Assembly (NCBI GenBank): GCA_963815865.1 | Contig: CAWFIK010000003.1 | Location: 159,127-223,126, forward strand | Source of the DNA: an uncultured Acidobacteriota bacterium | Lineage (GTDB): Bacteria; Acidobacteriota; Thermoanaerobaculia; UBA5066; Gp7-AA6 | Length of the DNA stretch: 64,000 nucleotides | Direction of reading: 5' to 3' | In this document: one piece after another, positions 18,167 to 28,007 of the stretch | Position numbering within the stretch: the stretch's first letter is position 1 | How the letters are laid out: each line of letters starts with the position of its first letter | Notes under the pieces: model-generated | The model's input: the letters and a program-made list of their open reading frames with translations, nothing else | The model's database searches: none | What the model was told of the DNA's origin: nothing | Program-made: the position numbers and the translations under genes

Positions 18167-20002
18167 ATGCGTAAGCTCGCGCGAGCCGCCGCCGCGCTTC
18201 TGATCCTGGCCGGGAGCGCGGGCGCGAGTCCGGCTCCGGCGCCCGAGATCCAACTGGTCGAGCACGGCTTGAGGCCGGCGGTCCTCTTGAAGGGGGAGAA
18301 GACCTGGACGATCGAGGAACGGATGCGGTTCCACAAGGTGCCCGCCGTCTCGATCGCCGTCTTCGACTCCGGAGGGATCCTCTGGGCGAAGGCGTACGGA
18401 GTCGCCGACGCCGACGCGCTCTCCCCGGCCACCGACGCGACTCTCTTCCAGGCGGCTTCGATCAGCAAGTCCGTCTCGGCGATGGCGGCGCTCTCCGAGG
18501 TCGCGCGAGGGAAGCTCGCGCTCGATCGGAACATCAACGAGTTCCTGAAGTCGTGGAAGCTCCCGGAGAACGACTGGACGCGCAAGACTCCCGTGACGCT
18601 CGCGATGCTCCTCTCGCACACCGGCGGCCTCACGGTTCACGGCTTCCCCGGCTACGCCGCGGGGCGGCCGGTTCCCCTCCTGACGCAGGTGCTCGACGGC
18701 GCCTCGCCAGCGAACACGGCGCCGATCCGCGTGGACATCGCGCCGGGAACGGAGTACCGCTACTCCGGAGGCGGCTACACGATCGTGCAGCAGGCGCTGA
18801 TCGACGTTGAACTGAGGCCGTACCCGCAGATCCTCGCCGAGCGTGTGCTCGCGCCGCTCGGCATGAAGGAGAGCACGTACGAGCAGCCTCTCCCGCCCGA
18901 GCGGCTCAAGTCGGCCGCGGCGGGACACGACAATCAGGGACGGACGATCCCGGGCAAGCGGCACACATATCCGGAGATGGCGGCCGCGGGTCTGTGGACG
19001 ACGCCGTCGGATCTCGCGCGGTTCGCGCTCGGGCTCGAGCGCGCGCTCTCCGGAAAACCGGGGAGCGTGCTGCCGAAGGAGCTGGCAGAGAAGATGGTCA
19101 CGCCGGTCCTCGACGATTACGGCCTCGGCCTCGGCGTCCAGAAACGGGGCGCGGCGACCTACTTTTCTCATGACGGCGCGAACGAGGGCTTTCGCTGCGT
19201 GATGACCGCGAACCGGGACAAGGGGTACGGCGCGGTCGTCATGACCAACGGGGAGAAGGGGGGCGAAGTCATGGTGGAGGTCGTCCGCTCCATCGCCGCC
19301 GCCTACAAGTGGGAGGGATACAGAAACGAGCCGGTCGACGCGGCGAAGCTCGACGCGGCGGCGCTCTCCTCGCGCGCCGGGCGCTACCAGCTCTCCTCCG
19401 ACGAGGTCCTGACGTTGACACCCAACAAGGAGCGGATGGACGCGCACTTCTCACTTCAGAAGGGATTCGAGCTCATCCCGATCTCCGCCGATAAGTTCCT
19501 CCGCGCGGACGCGGAGGTCGAGTACCGGTTTGGCAAGGACGCTTCGGGCCGCGACGAAATCGTCATAGCGCCGCAGGAAGGGCCGACGCGGACCGGAAAG
19601 CGGATCGCCGAGAGCGTCCGGGTGCCGGCCGAGGACCTGGAGGCTGGCAAGTTCGACGCCGCGGCCGCGGGGTACCAGCGGCTCCGCGACGCGAATCCGT
19701 CGGACCCGTCCGTGGCCGAGGGGAGGCTGAACGCGCTCGGCTACGCGCTCCTCACCCGCGACGAGTACAAGGGCGCGATCGCGATCCTCCTCATGAACAC
19801 AAAGCTCTATCCCGATTCCGCCAACACCTACGACAGCCTCGCGGAGGCCCATATGAAGGCGGGAGACCGCAAGCAGGCAATCGCCCTCTACCGCAAGGCC
19901 CTCGAGACCCTTCCCCGCGACAAGTCCCCCGAAGACGTCAAGGAAGGAGTCCGCGCCAGCTCCACCGCGAAGCTGAAGGAGCTCGGCGCCGACAAGCCGT
20001 AG
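18167..20002 (+). CDS. serine hydrolase of the beta-lactamase/PBP family with C-terminal TPR domain
   Basis: Signal peptide. S-x-x-K motif in FQAASISKSV. YSGGGY present. The C-terminal ~130 aa are TPR-like (ALGYALLTRDEYKGAIAIL...AEAHMKAGDRKQAIALYRKALE). Confidence 0.85.
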   Translation: MRKLARAAAALLILAGSAGASPAPAPEIQLVEHGLRPAVLLKGEKTWTIEERMRFHKVPAVSIAVFDSGGILWAKAYGVADADALSPATDATLFQAASISKSVSAMAALSEVARGKLALDRNINEFLKSWKLPENDWTRKTPVTLAMLLSHTGGLTVHGFPGYAAGRPVPLLTQVLDGASPANTAPIRVDIAPGTEYRYSGGGYTIVQQALIDVELRPYPQILAERVLAPLGMKESTYEQPLPPERLKSAAAGHDNQGRTIPGKRHTYPEMAAAGLWTTPSDLARFALGLERALSGKPGSVLPKELAEKMVTPVLDDYGLGLGVQKRGAATYFSHDGANEGFRCVMTANRDKGYGAVVMTNGEKGGEVMVEVVRSIAAAYKWEGYRNEPVDAAKLDAAALSSRAGRYQLSSDEVLTLTPNKERMDAHFSLQKGFELIPISADKFLRADAEVEYRFGKDASGRDEIVIAPQEGPTRTGKRIAESVRVPAEDLEAGKFDAAAAGYQRLRDANPSDPSVAEGRLNALGYALLTRDEYKGAIAILLMNTKLYPDSANTYDSLAEAHMKAGDRKQAIALYRKALETLPRDKSPEDVKEGVRASSTAKLKELGADKP

Positions 20003-20035
20003 TGCCTCGAGCGCGTCGCACAACCTCCGGCGTGC

Positions 20036-20068
20036 CCGTAGGGGAGGGGCTTGCCCCTCCCGCCCTGC
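20036..20068. repeat. R3 hairpin repeat (gtaggggaggggcttgcccctccc variant)
   Basis: Stem gggaggggc/gcccctccc between convergent genes. Confidence 0.8.
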
Positions 20069-20258
20069 CGGACAAGCGGCGGCGTCGAGACCGGGGGGAC
20101 GCTGTTTAAGCACTGGCACCCCTCGATGGCACCCCCGCGGACACGGTCGTCGTCGAGCGGGCGTGACAGGGAAGTGAGCCCGTCTCGCACCCCGCGGCGC
20201 GTGACAGGCGTCCGTTCGCGGACGTCGCGAGGGGCGCGACCGCGGACGGTACGACGGG

Positions 20259-21929
20259 CTACGGCGTCGAGAGGTCCGCGGTGGGGAGGAAGCGGGGCGG
20301 GCGGCGGTGCTTGGTGCCCTGCTCGTAGGCGTAGGCGATCCGGATCAGCGTCGGCTCGCTCCAGGCGCGGCCGAAGAACGAGATGCCCACGGGCAGGCCG
20401 AAGTAGTAGCCGGCCGGAACGGTGATGTGCGGATACCCGGCGATCGCGGGCATGGTCGAAGAGCCGTTGACGCCGTAGTCGCCGTTGGCGAGATCGATCA
20501 GCGTCGCCGGGCCGCTCGTCGGCGCGACGAGCGCGTCGAGCTTGTGCTTGTCCATCGCCTTGTCGATCCCCTCCTTCCGCGAGAGCTTGAGGTCCTTCTC
20601 CAGCGCTTCCCGGTAGGCCTTCTCGGTCAGCGGCCCCTTCTTCTCGGCCATCTCGAAGATCTCCTGGCCGAAGTAGGGCATCTCCCGCTCCTTGTTCTTC
20701 TCGTTGAACGCGATCAGGTCCGCGAGCGAGCGCGCGCGCGCGCCGGGGAGAGCGGCGAGATAGACGTTCAGGTCCGCCTTGAACTCGTAGAGCAGGACCT
20801 CGAACTCGGTCTTCTCGAACGCGCTCGCGTTGTCAACGTCGGCGGGATCCACGATGACCGCCCCGAGCCGCTTCATGTCCTCGATCGCCTTCCCGACAAT
20901 GCGGTCCGCGGCCGGGTTCTGTCCGTAGAAGACCTTGCGGGGAACGCCGATGCGGGCTCCTTCGAGCCCCTTCGGGTCGAGGAGCTTGGCGAAGTCGCGG
21001 AAGGCCTTCGCGCCGCTCTCCTTCGTCGCCGGGTCCGCGGGGTCCGTCCCCGAGATCGCGCCGAGGAGAATCGCGGCGTCCGCGACGGTGCGGCACATCG
21101 GGCCCGGCGTGTCCTGGCTGTGCGCGATCGGGATGATGCCCGCGCGGCTGGCGAAGCCGAGCGTCGGCTTGATGCCGACGAGCGAGCAGTTGTTCGACGG
21201 CGACACGATCGAGCCGTCCGTCTCGGTGCCGATCGACGCCGCGCAAAGATTCGACGCCGTCGCGGCCCCGGAACCGGAGCTCGAGCCGGACGCGTTGCGG
21301 TCGAGCGCATACGGGTTGCGGCACTGCCCGCCGCGCCCGCTCCACCCGGAGGTGGAATGCGTCGAGCGGAAGTTCGCCCACTCCGAGAGGTTCGTCTTTC
21401 CCAGGAGCACGACGCCCGACTCGCGCAGCATCTTCGCGACGAAGGAATCGGCGGAGGGAATCGATCCCTCGAGCGCGAGCGACCCCGCCGTCGTCGTCAT
21501 GCGGTCCGCGGTTCCGATGTTGTCCTTGATCAGGACCGGAATGCCGTGAAGCGGCCCGCGGACCCGCCCGGACTTGCGCTCCGTGTCGAGCTTCTCGGCG
21601 ATTTCGACGGCGTCCGGGTTGATCTCTAGCACCGAACGCAGCTGCGGCCCGCGCCGGTCGAGCGCCTCGATGCGCGCGAGGTACTTCTCCGTGAGCGTGC
21701 GGGCCGAATCCTGGCCGGAGACCATCCGCTTCTGGAGGTCCATGATCGTGGCCTCCTCGAGATCGAACGGATCGGCCTTCGGCGCATCCGGCGCATCCGG
21801 CGCGGGAAGCGCGGCGGCCCGCCCGGCGCCGGCGGGGAGCATCGCGAGGACGCCGCCCGCTCCGGCGTAGCGAAAAAGGGTCCTCCGGTTCAGGGCTCCG
21901 TTCTTCGTGCTCGCAGCGCGTCTTCTCAT
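20259..21929 (-). CDS. amidase (amidase-signature family), Tat-type signal
   Basis: ATG 21929 preceded by ggaggg. RRTLFRYAGAGGVLAML. Signature region GTETDGSIVSPS and ASGSSSGSGAATA. Confidence 0.9.
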   Translation of the reverse strand: MRRRAASTKNGALNRRTLFRYAGAGGVLAMLPAGAGRAAALPAPDAPDAPKADPFDLEEATIMDLQKRMVSGQDSARTLTEKYLARIEALDRRGPQLRSVLEINPDAVEIAEKLDTERKSGRVRGPLHGIPVLIKDNIGTADRMTTTAGSLALEGSIPSADSFVAKMLRESGVVLLGKTNLSEWANFRSTHSTSGWSGRGGQCRNPYALDRNASGSSSGSGAATASNLCAASIGTETDGSIVSPSNNCSLVGIKPTLGFASRAGIIPIAHSQDTPGPMCRTVADAAILLGAISGTDPADPATKESGAKAFRDFAKLLDPKGLEGARIGVPRKVFYGQNPAADRIVGKAIEDMKRLGAVIVDPADVDNASAFEKTEFEVLLYEFKADLNVYLAALPGARARSLADLIAFNEKNKEREMPYFGQEIFEMAEKKGPLTEKAYREALEKDLKLSRKEGIDKAMDKHKLDALVAPTSGPATLIDLANGDYGVNGSSTMPAIAGYPHITVPAGYYFGLPVGISFFGRAWSEPTLIRIAYAYEQGTKHRRPPRFLPTADLSTP

Positions 21930-22152
21930 TCGTCCCTCCGTACCGCGGCTGAAGGTTGTGCTCGAAGAGATATCACGGACCGGAGCTTTAGCGGACATTA
22001 AGGACGATCAACTCCGACATCGGTAAGAAGTTGCGCCTTCTCTGAAATTCAGATGAGGAAGCGCGAGATCCGGTGGCAATCCGATTGCTCCTTCATCGGG
22101 TGTCGACAGATCACCGCCGCGCCGGAGCGCGACGTTCCAGAAAGGAGCTCGA

Positions 22153-22305
22153 ATGAAGAAACTCGTCATGCTCTTGATGTTCCTCTTGATTGCCGTCGGG
22201 TACGCCGCGTGCGGAGGGAGCTCGGCGCCGACGGCGCCCACGCAGCCGGTCGTCACGACGCCTTCGCCGGGCCCAGAGCCGATGCCGACGCCGACGCCCT
22301 ACTGA
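22153..22305 (+). CDS. 50-aa lipoprotein (below the ORF-track size cutoff)
   Basis: aaaggag SD followed by ATG. MKKLVMLLMFLLIAVGYAACGGSS has a clear lipobox, followed by a Pro/Thr-rich tail. Confidence 0.6.
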   Translation: MKKLVMLLMFLLIAVGYAACGGSSAPTAPTQPVVTTPSPGPEPMPTPTPY

Positions 22306-22892
22306 TCCTTGCGACTTACCATCCAAAGATAGAGCGCTCGCGGCGGACGTCGGCTCCGCCGCGGAGCGTGCCGGTCCGAGGGTCCACGCCGACCGCCACG
22401 ACTCCGGTCGGCATGCCGTACGGAGCGAGGACGCGAAACCTTTGGCCGCGTCTCGTCAATTCCTCGGTATGCCGACTTCATCTCCGCAAGCTGCCAGCGC
22501 CTGCACACCGTTGGAAATACCGCGTCGTTCCTTGCATTCGCGGAGACGTTGCAGCCGACGCCTTGTACTGAGGCTCCCAGTCTTGTAGGGGAAAGGGAGT
22601 CTCCTAAATAGAACCACCAATCTCCGTTGTCATCGAAATAGACGTGCCGACCATCCGGCAGAACGACTGCTCTCTCGGTAATGTCCTTCTTTCGCTTGAC
22701 AGTCAGCTCGTCGACCTGCTCGAGAATTAGAATTTCTAGCTCAACAAATACATGGATATTGGGCGATTTCCTGTATTCGGCCTCTATATCCTTCGCAAGG
22801 TTGTCAAAACCAGGTTGGTGGGGCGATTGGCTTGGAAATTGTGTATGAATTACCATGAGAATGTCTTGCTTCACATTCTCCCGAAAAAACAC
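22299..22892 (-). CDS. hypothetical protein in lower-G+C insert; 3' end reads into the ggt fragment out of frame
   Basis: The first ~100 codons are A/T-richer and protein-like (NIHVFVELEILILEQVDELTVKRKKDITERAVVLPDGRHVYFDDNGDWWFYLGD). The Arg-rich tail is the ggt fragment read in a wrong frame, so the true 3' end is unclear. Confidence 0.4.
   Translation of the reverse strand: MFFRENVKQDILMVIHTQFPSQSPHQPGFDNLAKDIEAEYRKSPNIHVFVELEILILEQVDELTVKRKKDITERAVVLPDGRHVYFDDNGDWWFYLGDSLSPTRLGASVQGVGCNVSANARNDAVFPTVCRRWQLAEMKSAYRGIDETRPKVSRPRSVRHADRSRGGRRGPSDRHAPRRSRRPPRALYLWMVSRKDQ
22316..22465 (-). pseudogene. displaced 3' fragment of gamma-glutamyltransferase gene
   Basis: Translates to TEELTRRGQRFRVLAPYGMPTGVVAVGVDPRTGTLRGGADVRRERSIFGW*. 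The full ggt ends LEELKKRGHKLKVLAPYGMPTGVVAVGVNPRTGTLRGGADVRRERFIFGW*. I counted 6 mismatches over the first ~117 nt. Confidence 0.85.
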
Positions 22893-22963
22893 GTCGTCCT
22901 TATGCGACTCCTTTTGAGACTTAACCGCCTCCCGGAATTCGTAGTCGGGCCAAGCAAACTTAA

Positions 22964-23473
22964 CTAAGCAGTGCGATCGAATCGTCGCTGCTCCGCAGGA
23001 GACCTCGCTTCGAATTCGGCATAAGTCTGCGCGTGGAACGTCGCCAGGGTCAGCAGTACGGTATCCATGGCGTGTTTGGACAAAACAATGCCATTCTTCT
23101 CCAAGGTCACAAACAGGGCATCTTCCACATCGAACCGCTCAGCTTTGGGGTCCTTTTCGACATCCTGCAAGTCGTAAACGCGTGACAGCGCCACGTTACG
23201 CTCCAATTCCACGAGGCCGAGTGGCGTTGCGTCACCCGGTAAGACCGTCGTAAAGAGATGCTCGATCTGCGCGGCAAAGTCCGCCCTGCCTTCGTCACGC
23301 AGCGCCTTTTGCGTCGCGTCTACCATAAGTGCGATGAACTCGGCCTGGTCGTGGATATCCATCTTGTCGAACTGCCTGAACTTGATGGCCGAAAGCGATG
23401 TTGATAGGCAAAGGGCGAGCAGAACAGTGACTGTGAACCGTGGTCCTAGACCGAAGCGGACCGTGTTGCTCAT
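22964..23473 (-). CDS. hypothetical exported protein in lower-G+C insert
   Basis: 169 aa. N-terminal hydrophobic segment FTVTVLLALCLSTSLSA, then a helical soluble domain. Codon usage differs visibly from the flanking genes. Confidence 0.55.
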   Translation of the reverse strand: MSNTVRFGLGPRFTVTVLLALCLSTSLSAIKFRQFDKMDIHDQAEFIALMVDATQKALRDEGRADFAAQIEHLFTTVLPGDATPLGLVELERNVALSRVYDLQDVEKDPKAERFDVEDALFVTLEKNGIVLSKHAMDTVLLTLATFHAQTYAEFEARSPAEQRRFDRTA

Positions 23474-23601
23474 GTGTGCTCCCGTCGGCTATTTCCTATT
23501 CTATTAGATTCCAGGTCATGACACGTTCGACAATTCGAGCCGGACCACTGAGATCGGGCATCGCCTCATCCGTTCCTCCGCTGAAGGCTGTGGAAGAGAC
23601 A

Positions 23602-25419
23602 TCACCATCCGAAGATAAAGCGCTCGCGGCGGACGTCGGCTCCGCCGCGGAGCGTGCCGGTCCGCGGGTTCACGCCGACCGCCACGACTCCGGTCGGCAT
23701 TCCGTACGGAGCGAGGACCTTCAGCTTGTGGCCGCGCTTCTTCAGCTCTTCGAGCGTGGCGGCGGGGACGCGGCTCTCGATCTCGAGCACGCCGGGCTCG
23801 CTCTTGTGGTCGTCGAAGGAGCTGAAGGGATGGAGCGAGTTGATCCGCGGCGCCTCGATCGCCTCCTGGAGCCCCATCCGGAAGACGATGAGGTTCAAGA
23901 GCACGTTGGCGATCTGCTGGTCCTGGCTGTCGCCGCCGGGGGTCGAGATCGCAAGGAAGGGCTTGCCGTCTTTCAGCAGGATCGTCGGCGTCAGCGTCGT
24001 GCGCGGGCGCTTGCCTCCGGCGAGGACGTTGGGGCTCGCGGGGTCGAGGTCGAAGATCTGCATGCGGTTGGAGAGCGGCACGCCCGTGTCCCCCGCGAGG
24101 AACGCGCCGCCCAGAAGCCAGCCGCTCGACGGCGTCGCGGAAAAGAGGTTCCCATCCGCGTCCGCCGCGTCCACGCACGTCGTGTCGCCCGGCTCCGCGC
24201 GCGGCGCCTCTCCCTGCGAGTGAGGCGTGTAGCGCAGCGTCGGCGCCTTGACATCCGGATCGAACGCGAACGGATCGCCGGGGCGGTGCTCGAGAAACGC
24301 CTGCTGCCCGATGAGCTTGCGGCGGAGGTCCGCGTAGCCGGCGGAGAGGAGGCCTTTCAAGGGCACCTTCACGAAGTCGGGATCGCCGTAGTACGCGTTG
24401 CGGTCGTCATAGGCGAGCTTGATCGCCTCGTGCACCGTGTGGATGTAGTCGGCGGAGTCGCGGCCCATCGCGGCCAGGTCGAGGCCGCCGAGGATGTTGA
24501 ACGTCTGGAGCAGGACGGGGCCCTGGTCCCACGGGCCCGCCTTGAAGACTTCGAAGCCGTGGAACGTGGTCTTGACCGGCTCCTCGATCCGGCCGCGGAA
24601 GCCGGCGAGGTCTTCGTAGGCGAGGACGCCCCCCTCCGCGCGGTCGGCGTCGGCAATGCGCCGCGCGATCGGTCCCTTGTAGAACGCGTCGCGCCCCGCT
24701 CGAATCGCCGTTTTTCTTTCGCGCGTCTTCTCAAACGCCGCGCGCTCGGCCGCGACGATCTCGCGAAGCGTCTTCGCCAGGTTCGGCTGGCGGAAAACCT
24801 CTCCGACCTCCGGGATCCGGCCGTCGGCGTAATACGTTTTCTTCGACCACTCCCATTTCTCCGTGGCCTTGCGTTCGCGGACGAGATAACCGCGCAGGAA
24901 CGCGTACATGGGAAACCCGTCCGCGCAGGCGATCGCCGGCGCCATGACGTCTTCGAGGCGCATCGTTCCGTACTCCGCCAGCGCGATCGAGAGCGAGTCC
25001 ATCACGGCGGGGACGGTCGCGGCGAGCGGGCCGTTGCCGTCCACCTTTCCCTTCGCCTTGAAGAGATCGGGCGTCGCGGCTTTCGGCGCCGGTCCTTGCC
25101 CGTTCACGACGACGACTCTCTTCGTCTTCGCGTCGTAGATCATGAGCGGACACTCGCCGCCGAATCCGAAGTGCGAGATCTCGACGACCGACGCCGCGAA
25201 GACCGCCGCGACTCCGGCGTCCACGGCGTTGCCGCCGCGCTCGAGCATCCGGAGCCCCGCCGCGACGGAGAAGTTGCGCCCGCCCGCGACGATGCCGCGC
25301 GCCGCGGTGATTTCCGGCCGCAGCGTCTCGGCCGGTTTAGCCGACGGCGGCTGCTGGGCAAGGCCCGCCGCCGCTGTGAGGAGGACCAGAAGCGCGAGAG
25401 AAGGGATCTGCGGCGTCAT
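23602..25419 (-). CDS. ggt: gamma-glutamyltransferase
   Basis: ATG 25419 preceded by ggagg. Signal peptide. GGNAVDAGVAA and the autoprocessing/nucleophile region EPGDTTCVDAAD are present. C-terminal GGADVRRE...GW. Confidence 0.9.
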   Translation of the reverse strand: MTPQIPSLALLVLLTAAAGLAQQPPSAKPAETLRPEITAARGIVAGGRNFSVAAGLRMLERGGNAVDAGVAAVFAASVVEISHFGFGGECPLMIYDAKTKRVVVVNGQGPAPKAATPDLFKAKGKVDGNGPLAATVPAVMDSLSIALAEYGTMRLEDVMAPAIACADGFPMYAFLRGYLVRERKATEKWEWSKKTYYADGRIPEVGEVFRQPNLAKTLREIVAAERAAFEKTRERKTAIRAGRDAFYKGPIARRIADADRAEGGVLAYEDLAGFRGRIEEPVKTTFHGFEVFKAGPWDQGPVLLQTFNILGGLDLAAMGRDSADYIHTVHEAIKLAYDDRNAYYGDPDFVKVPLKGLLSAGYADLRRKLIGQQAFLEHRPGDPFAFDPDVKAPTLRYTPHSQGEAPRAEPGDTTCVDAADADGNLFSATPSSGWLLGGAFLAGDTGVPLSNRMQIFDLDPASPNVLAGGKRPRTTLTPTILLKDGKPFLAISTPGGDSQDQQIANVLLNLIVFRMGLQEAIEAPRINSLHPFSSFDDHKSEPGVLEIESRVPAATLEELKKRGHKLKVLAPYGMPTGVVAVGVNPRTGTLRGGADVRRERFIFGW

Positions 25420-25502
25420 GACCGGTCCTCCTGTCTCGGAACGAGACGCCGATTCTACGCGGAGAGAGCGCGCGGGCCGGCCGTTATACTCCGCGGCGCA
25501 CG

Positions 25503-26179
25503 ATGCGCCTCGCTCTGACGGCCGCCCTCCTCGCGCTCGGCTGCGCATCCCAATCGGCGGCGCCGGCGCCTCCTGTCGCGCCCGCGACCTTGGCTCCCGC
25601 TCCCGCGCGGTCAGCCGGTCCCGCCGTGCCGGTCGAATCGGACGAGTACACGCGCTACGAGCTCCTCGCGCCCGAGACGGCGCAGTTCCACATCCTCTAC
25701 GAGGTGACGGCGATCGCGCCGGGCGCGACGGCTTCTTCTTCAACCCGATCCGGAAGGGGAGCGAGGCCACCGGCGAGCGCGTCACCGATCGGATGACGGG
25801 GGAGCCGCTGCGCTTCGAGGTCGTCTCGGGAGAGGAGGCGCGCAGCGGCGGCCTGCCGGACGCCGATCCTCGCACCGACTACATCCGCATCCATCTGGCG
25901 CGCGCCGTGCCTCCGGACGGCGGCCAGGTGCGGCTCCTGATCGAGAAGACCTACAAGGACGGCAAGAGCTACTTCTGCGAGGGGGACGCGATCGTCTTCT
26001 CGCGGTCGCTCGGCATCAAGCGCAACAGCGTCGTCCTGCCCGCGGGATACGAGCTGATCGGCTGCAACGTCCCTTCGCAAGTCCTGTCGGAGCCGGACGG
26101 ACGCATCAAGATGCGCTTCTGGAACGCGGGGCCGGACGCCGCGCCGCTGAAGGTCACGGCAAAGAAGCTCGTGCCATGA
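25503..26179 (+). CDS. lipoprotein of unknown function (paralog A); one frameshift near 25730
   Basis: MRLALTAALLALGCAS lipobox. Reading continues in another frame after ...YEVTAIAPGAT / FFFNPIRKGSEATGERV..., apparently one G missing from a G-run. Homologous to the next gene (…VLPAGYELI… vs …VLPAGWFLT…). Confidence 0.7.
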
Positions 26180-26861
26180 GTAGCCGCCTGCTGTTCGCGG
26201 CGCGTTTCTCGCGGCGGCTCTGGCGGTCGTCGAACGGCGCAGGAGGCGCGCGACAACCGCCTGACCGAGCGCGCGCACCAGGACCGCGACATCGTCTACT
26301 TTCTTCAGCAGCCGCAGACGCACTCCTTCGACCTGTACCACGACTACACGGAGTCGCGCCCCGGCGTGGACAAGTACGTCAACGTCGTGCGGAAGGGGAG
26401 CCGGGCCTCGAAGCCCTCGGCGCGGGTTCTCGACACGGGCGAGACGCTGAAAGCCGAGACCCTTCGCGGCGAGGAGATCACGCGGGCGAAGCTCGACATC
26501 GGGGAGGCGGTGCAGCCCGACTCGGAAGTCGTCGTCATCCGATTCCCCGCCGTGCAGAGCGGCCGTTCCGTCCGCCTGCGTATCTCCGAGACCTACACGG
26601 ACGAGAAGAGCTACCGCGTCGAAGGGGACGAGCTCGTCTTCGACCGTTCGTTCGGCCGGGCCCGCAACGCCGTCGTCCTCCCAGCGGGGTGGTTCCTGAC
26701 GGCCAGCGCCATCCCGGCGACCGTCTCGCAGATGCCGGACGGCCGGATCCGCCTCGATTTCGTGAATCGCTCGTCCCGACGAGATCGCCGTCCTCATAAA
26801 GGCGAAGAAACGGTCCAAGGTCCAGGGTCCAAGTTCCGAAGGCAGGGAACGCACAACATGA
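26176..26861 (+). pseudogene. paralog B of the preceding lipoprotein; at least 3 frameshifts as sequenced
   Basis: MSSRLLFAA / AFLAAALAVV / AQEARDNRLTE...DKYVNVVRKGS...RIRLDFVN / ARPDEIAVLIKAKKRSKV...* are spread over three frames. The stop overlaps the AKR ATG (ATGA, 26858-26861). Confidence 0.6.
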
Positions 26862-27837
26862 ACCACGTTCGTCTCGGCACGACCGGGCTGAAGGTCTCGC
26901 GGATTTGCCTCGGGATGATGACTTACGGCACGCCGAAGTGGCGGCCGTGGGTCCTCGACGAGGAAGCGAGCCGGCCGTTCGTCCGGCGCGCCCTCGAGCT
27001 CGGCATCAACTTCTTCGACACGGCCGACATGTACTCCGACGGCGCGAGCGAGGAGGTCCTCGGCCGCGCGATCCGGGACTTCGCCCGCCGGCAAGACGTC
27101 GTCATCGCCACGAAGGTCTTCAACCCGATGGGGCCGGGCGTGAACGACCGGGGCAACTTCGCGCAAGCACATCCTCGACTCGATCGACGCTTCCTTGAAG
27201 CGCCTCGGCATGGACTACGTCGACCTCTACCAGATCCATCGCTACGATCGCGAGACGCCGATCGAGGAGACGCTCGAGGCCCTGAACGACGTCGTCCGCT
27301 CCGGCAAGGCGCGCTACATCGGAGCGTCCAGCATGTTCGCCTGGCAGTTCGCGCAGGCGCTCGCGCTCTCCGACCGGCGCGGCTTCGCGCGCTTCGTCTC
27401 GATGCAGGACCACTACAACCTCGCCTACCGCGAGGAGGAGCGGGAAATGCTTCCGCTCTGCCGCGCGGAGGGGATCGGCGTCCTTCCGTGGAGCCCGCTC
27501 GCGCGCGGGCTGCTCGCCGGGACTCGCCGCGCCGGACTCGAAGGAGACACGGCCCGCTCGAAGAGCGACGAGTACGCGCACACGCTCTACGAGGACTCCG
27601 ACTTCGAGGTCGCCGACCGTGTCGTCGAGACGGCCCGCCGCCGCGGCGTCCCGCCGGCGCGCGTCGCGCTCGCCTGGCTCCTCTCCCGCCCCGGCGTCAC
27701 CGCGCCGATCGTCGGCGCGAGCCGCCTCGAGCACCTGGACGACGCCGTGGCCTCCCTGGACCTCTCCCTCTCCGCCGGAGGAGTGCCGCTTCCTCGAGGA
27801 GCCCTACCGTCCCCACACGATCCGCGGCCACTCCTAA
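26858..27837 (+). CDS. aldo/keto reductase; two frameshifts as sequenced (near 27155 and 27772)
   Basis: MNHVRLGTTGLKVSRICLGMMTYG...INFFDTADMYSDGASEEVLG...NDRG / SRKHILDSIDASLKRLGMDYVDLYQIHRYD...ASLDLSLSA / EECRFLEEPYRPHTIRGHS*. Canonical AKR motifs are present in order but spread across three frames. Confidence 0.85.
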
Positions 27838-27910
27838 GACGTCGCCGGCGGCATCCCGGCGGTCTATTGGATGCGTGCTGCGGAGGTGTCAAGGTATCCT
27901 CCGCCGCCCT

Positions 27911-27941
27911 GTCATCCTGAGCGAAGCGAAGGATCTGCTCC
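27911..27941. repeat. R1 repeat, single arm
   Basis: gtcatcctgagcgaagcgaaggatctgctcc, with no matching right arm nearby. Confidence 0.7.
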
Positions 27942-28007
27942 CGTCGCTCTGTTCGGGAACCTCTTCTTCGGCAATGCGTATCAGTTGACAGCAAAGGGGA
28001 GGTCTCC

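Noticed and set aside
26176-26799. Track ORF MSSRLLFAARFSRRLWRSS... (207 aa) as the real product downstream of paralog A.
   Set aside because: Only the first ~9 codons look genuine. The rest is Arg/Pro-rich shadow sequence. The conserved paralog-B peptide is in the 26366 frame and then a third frame.
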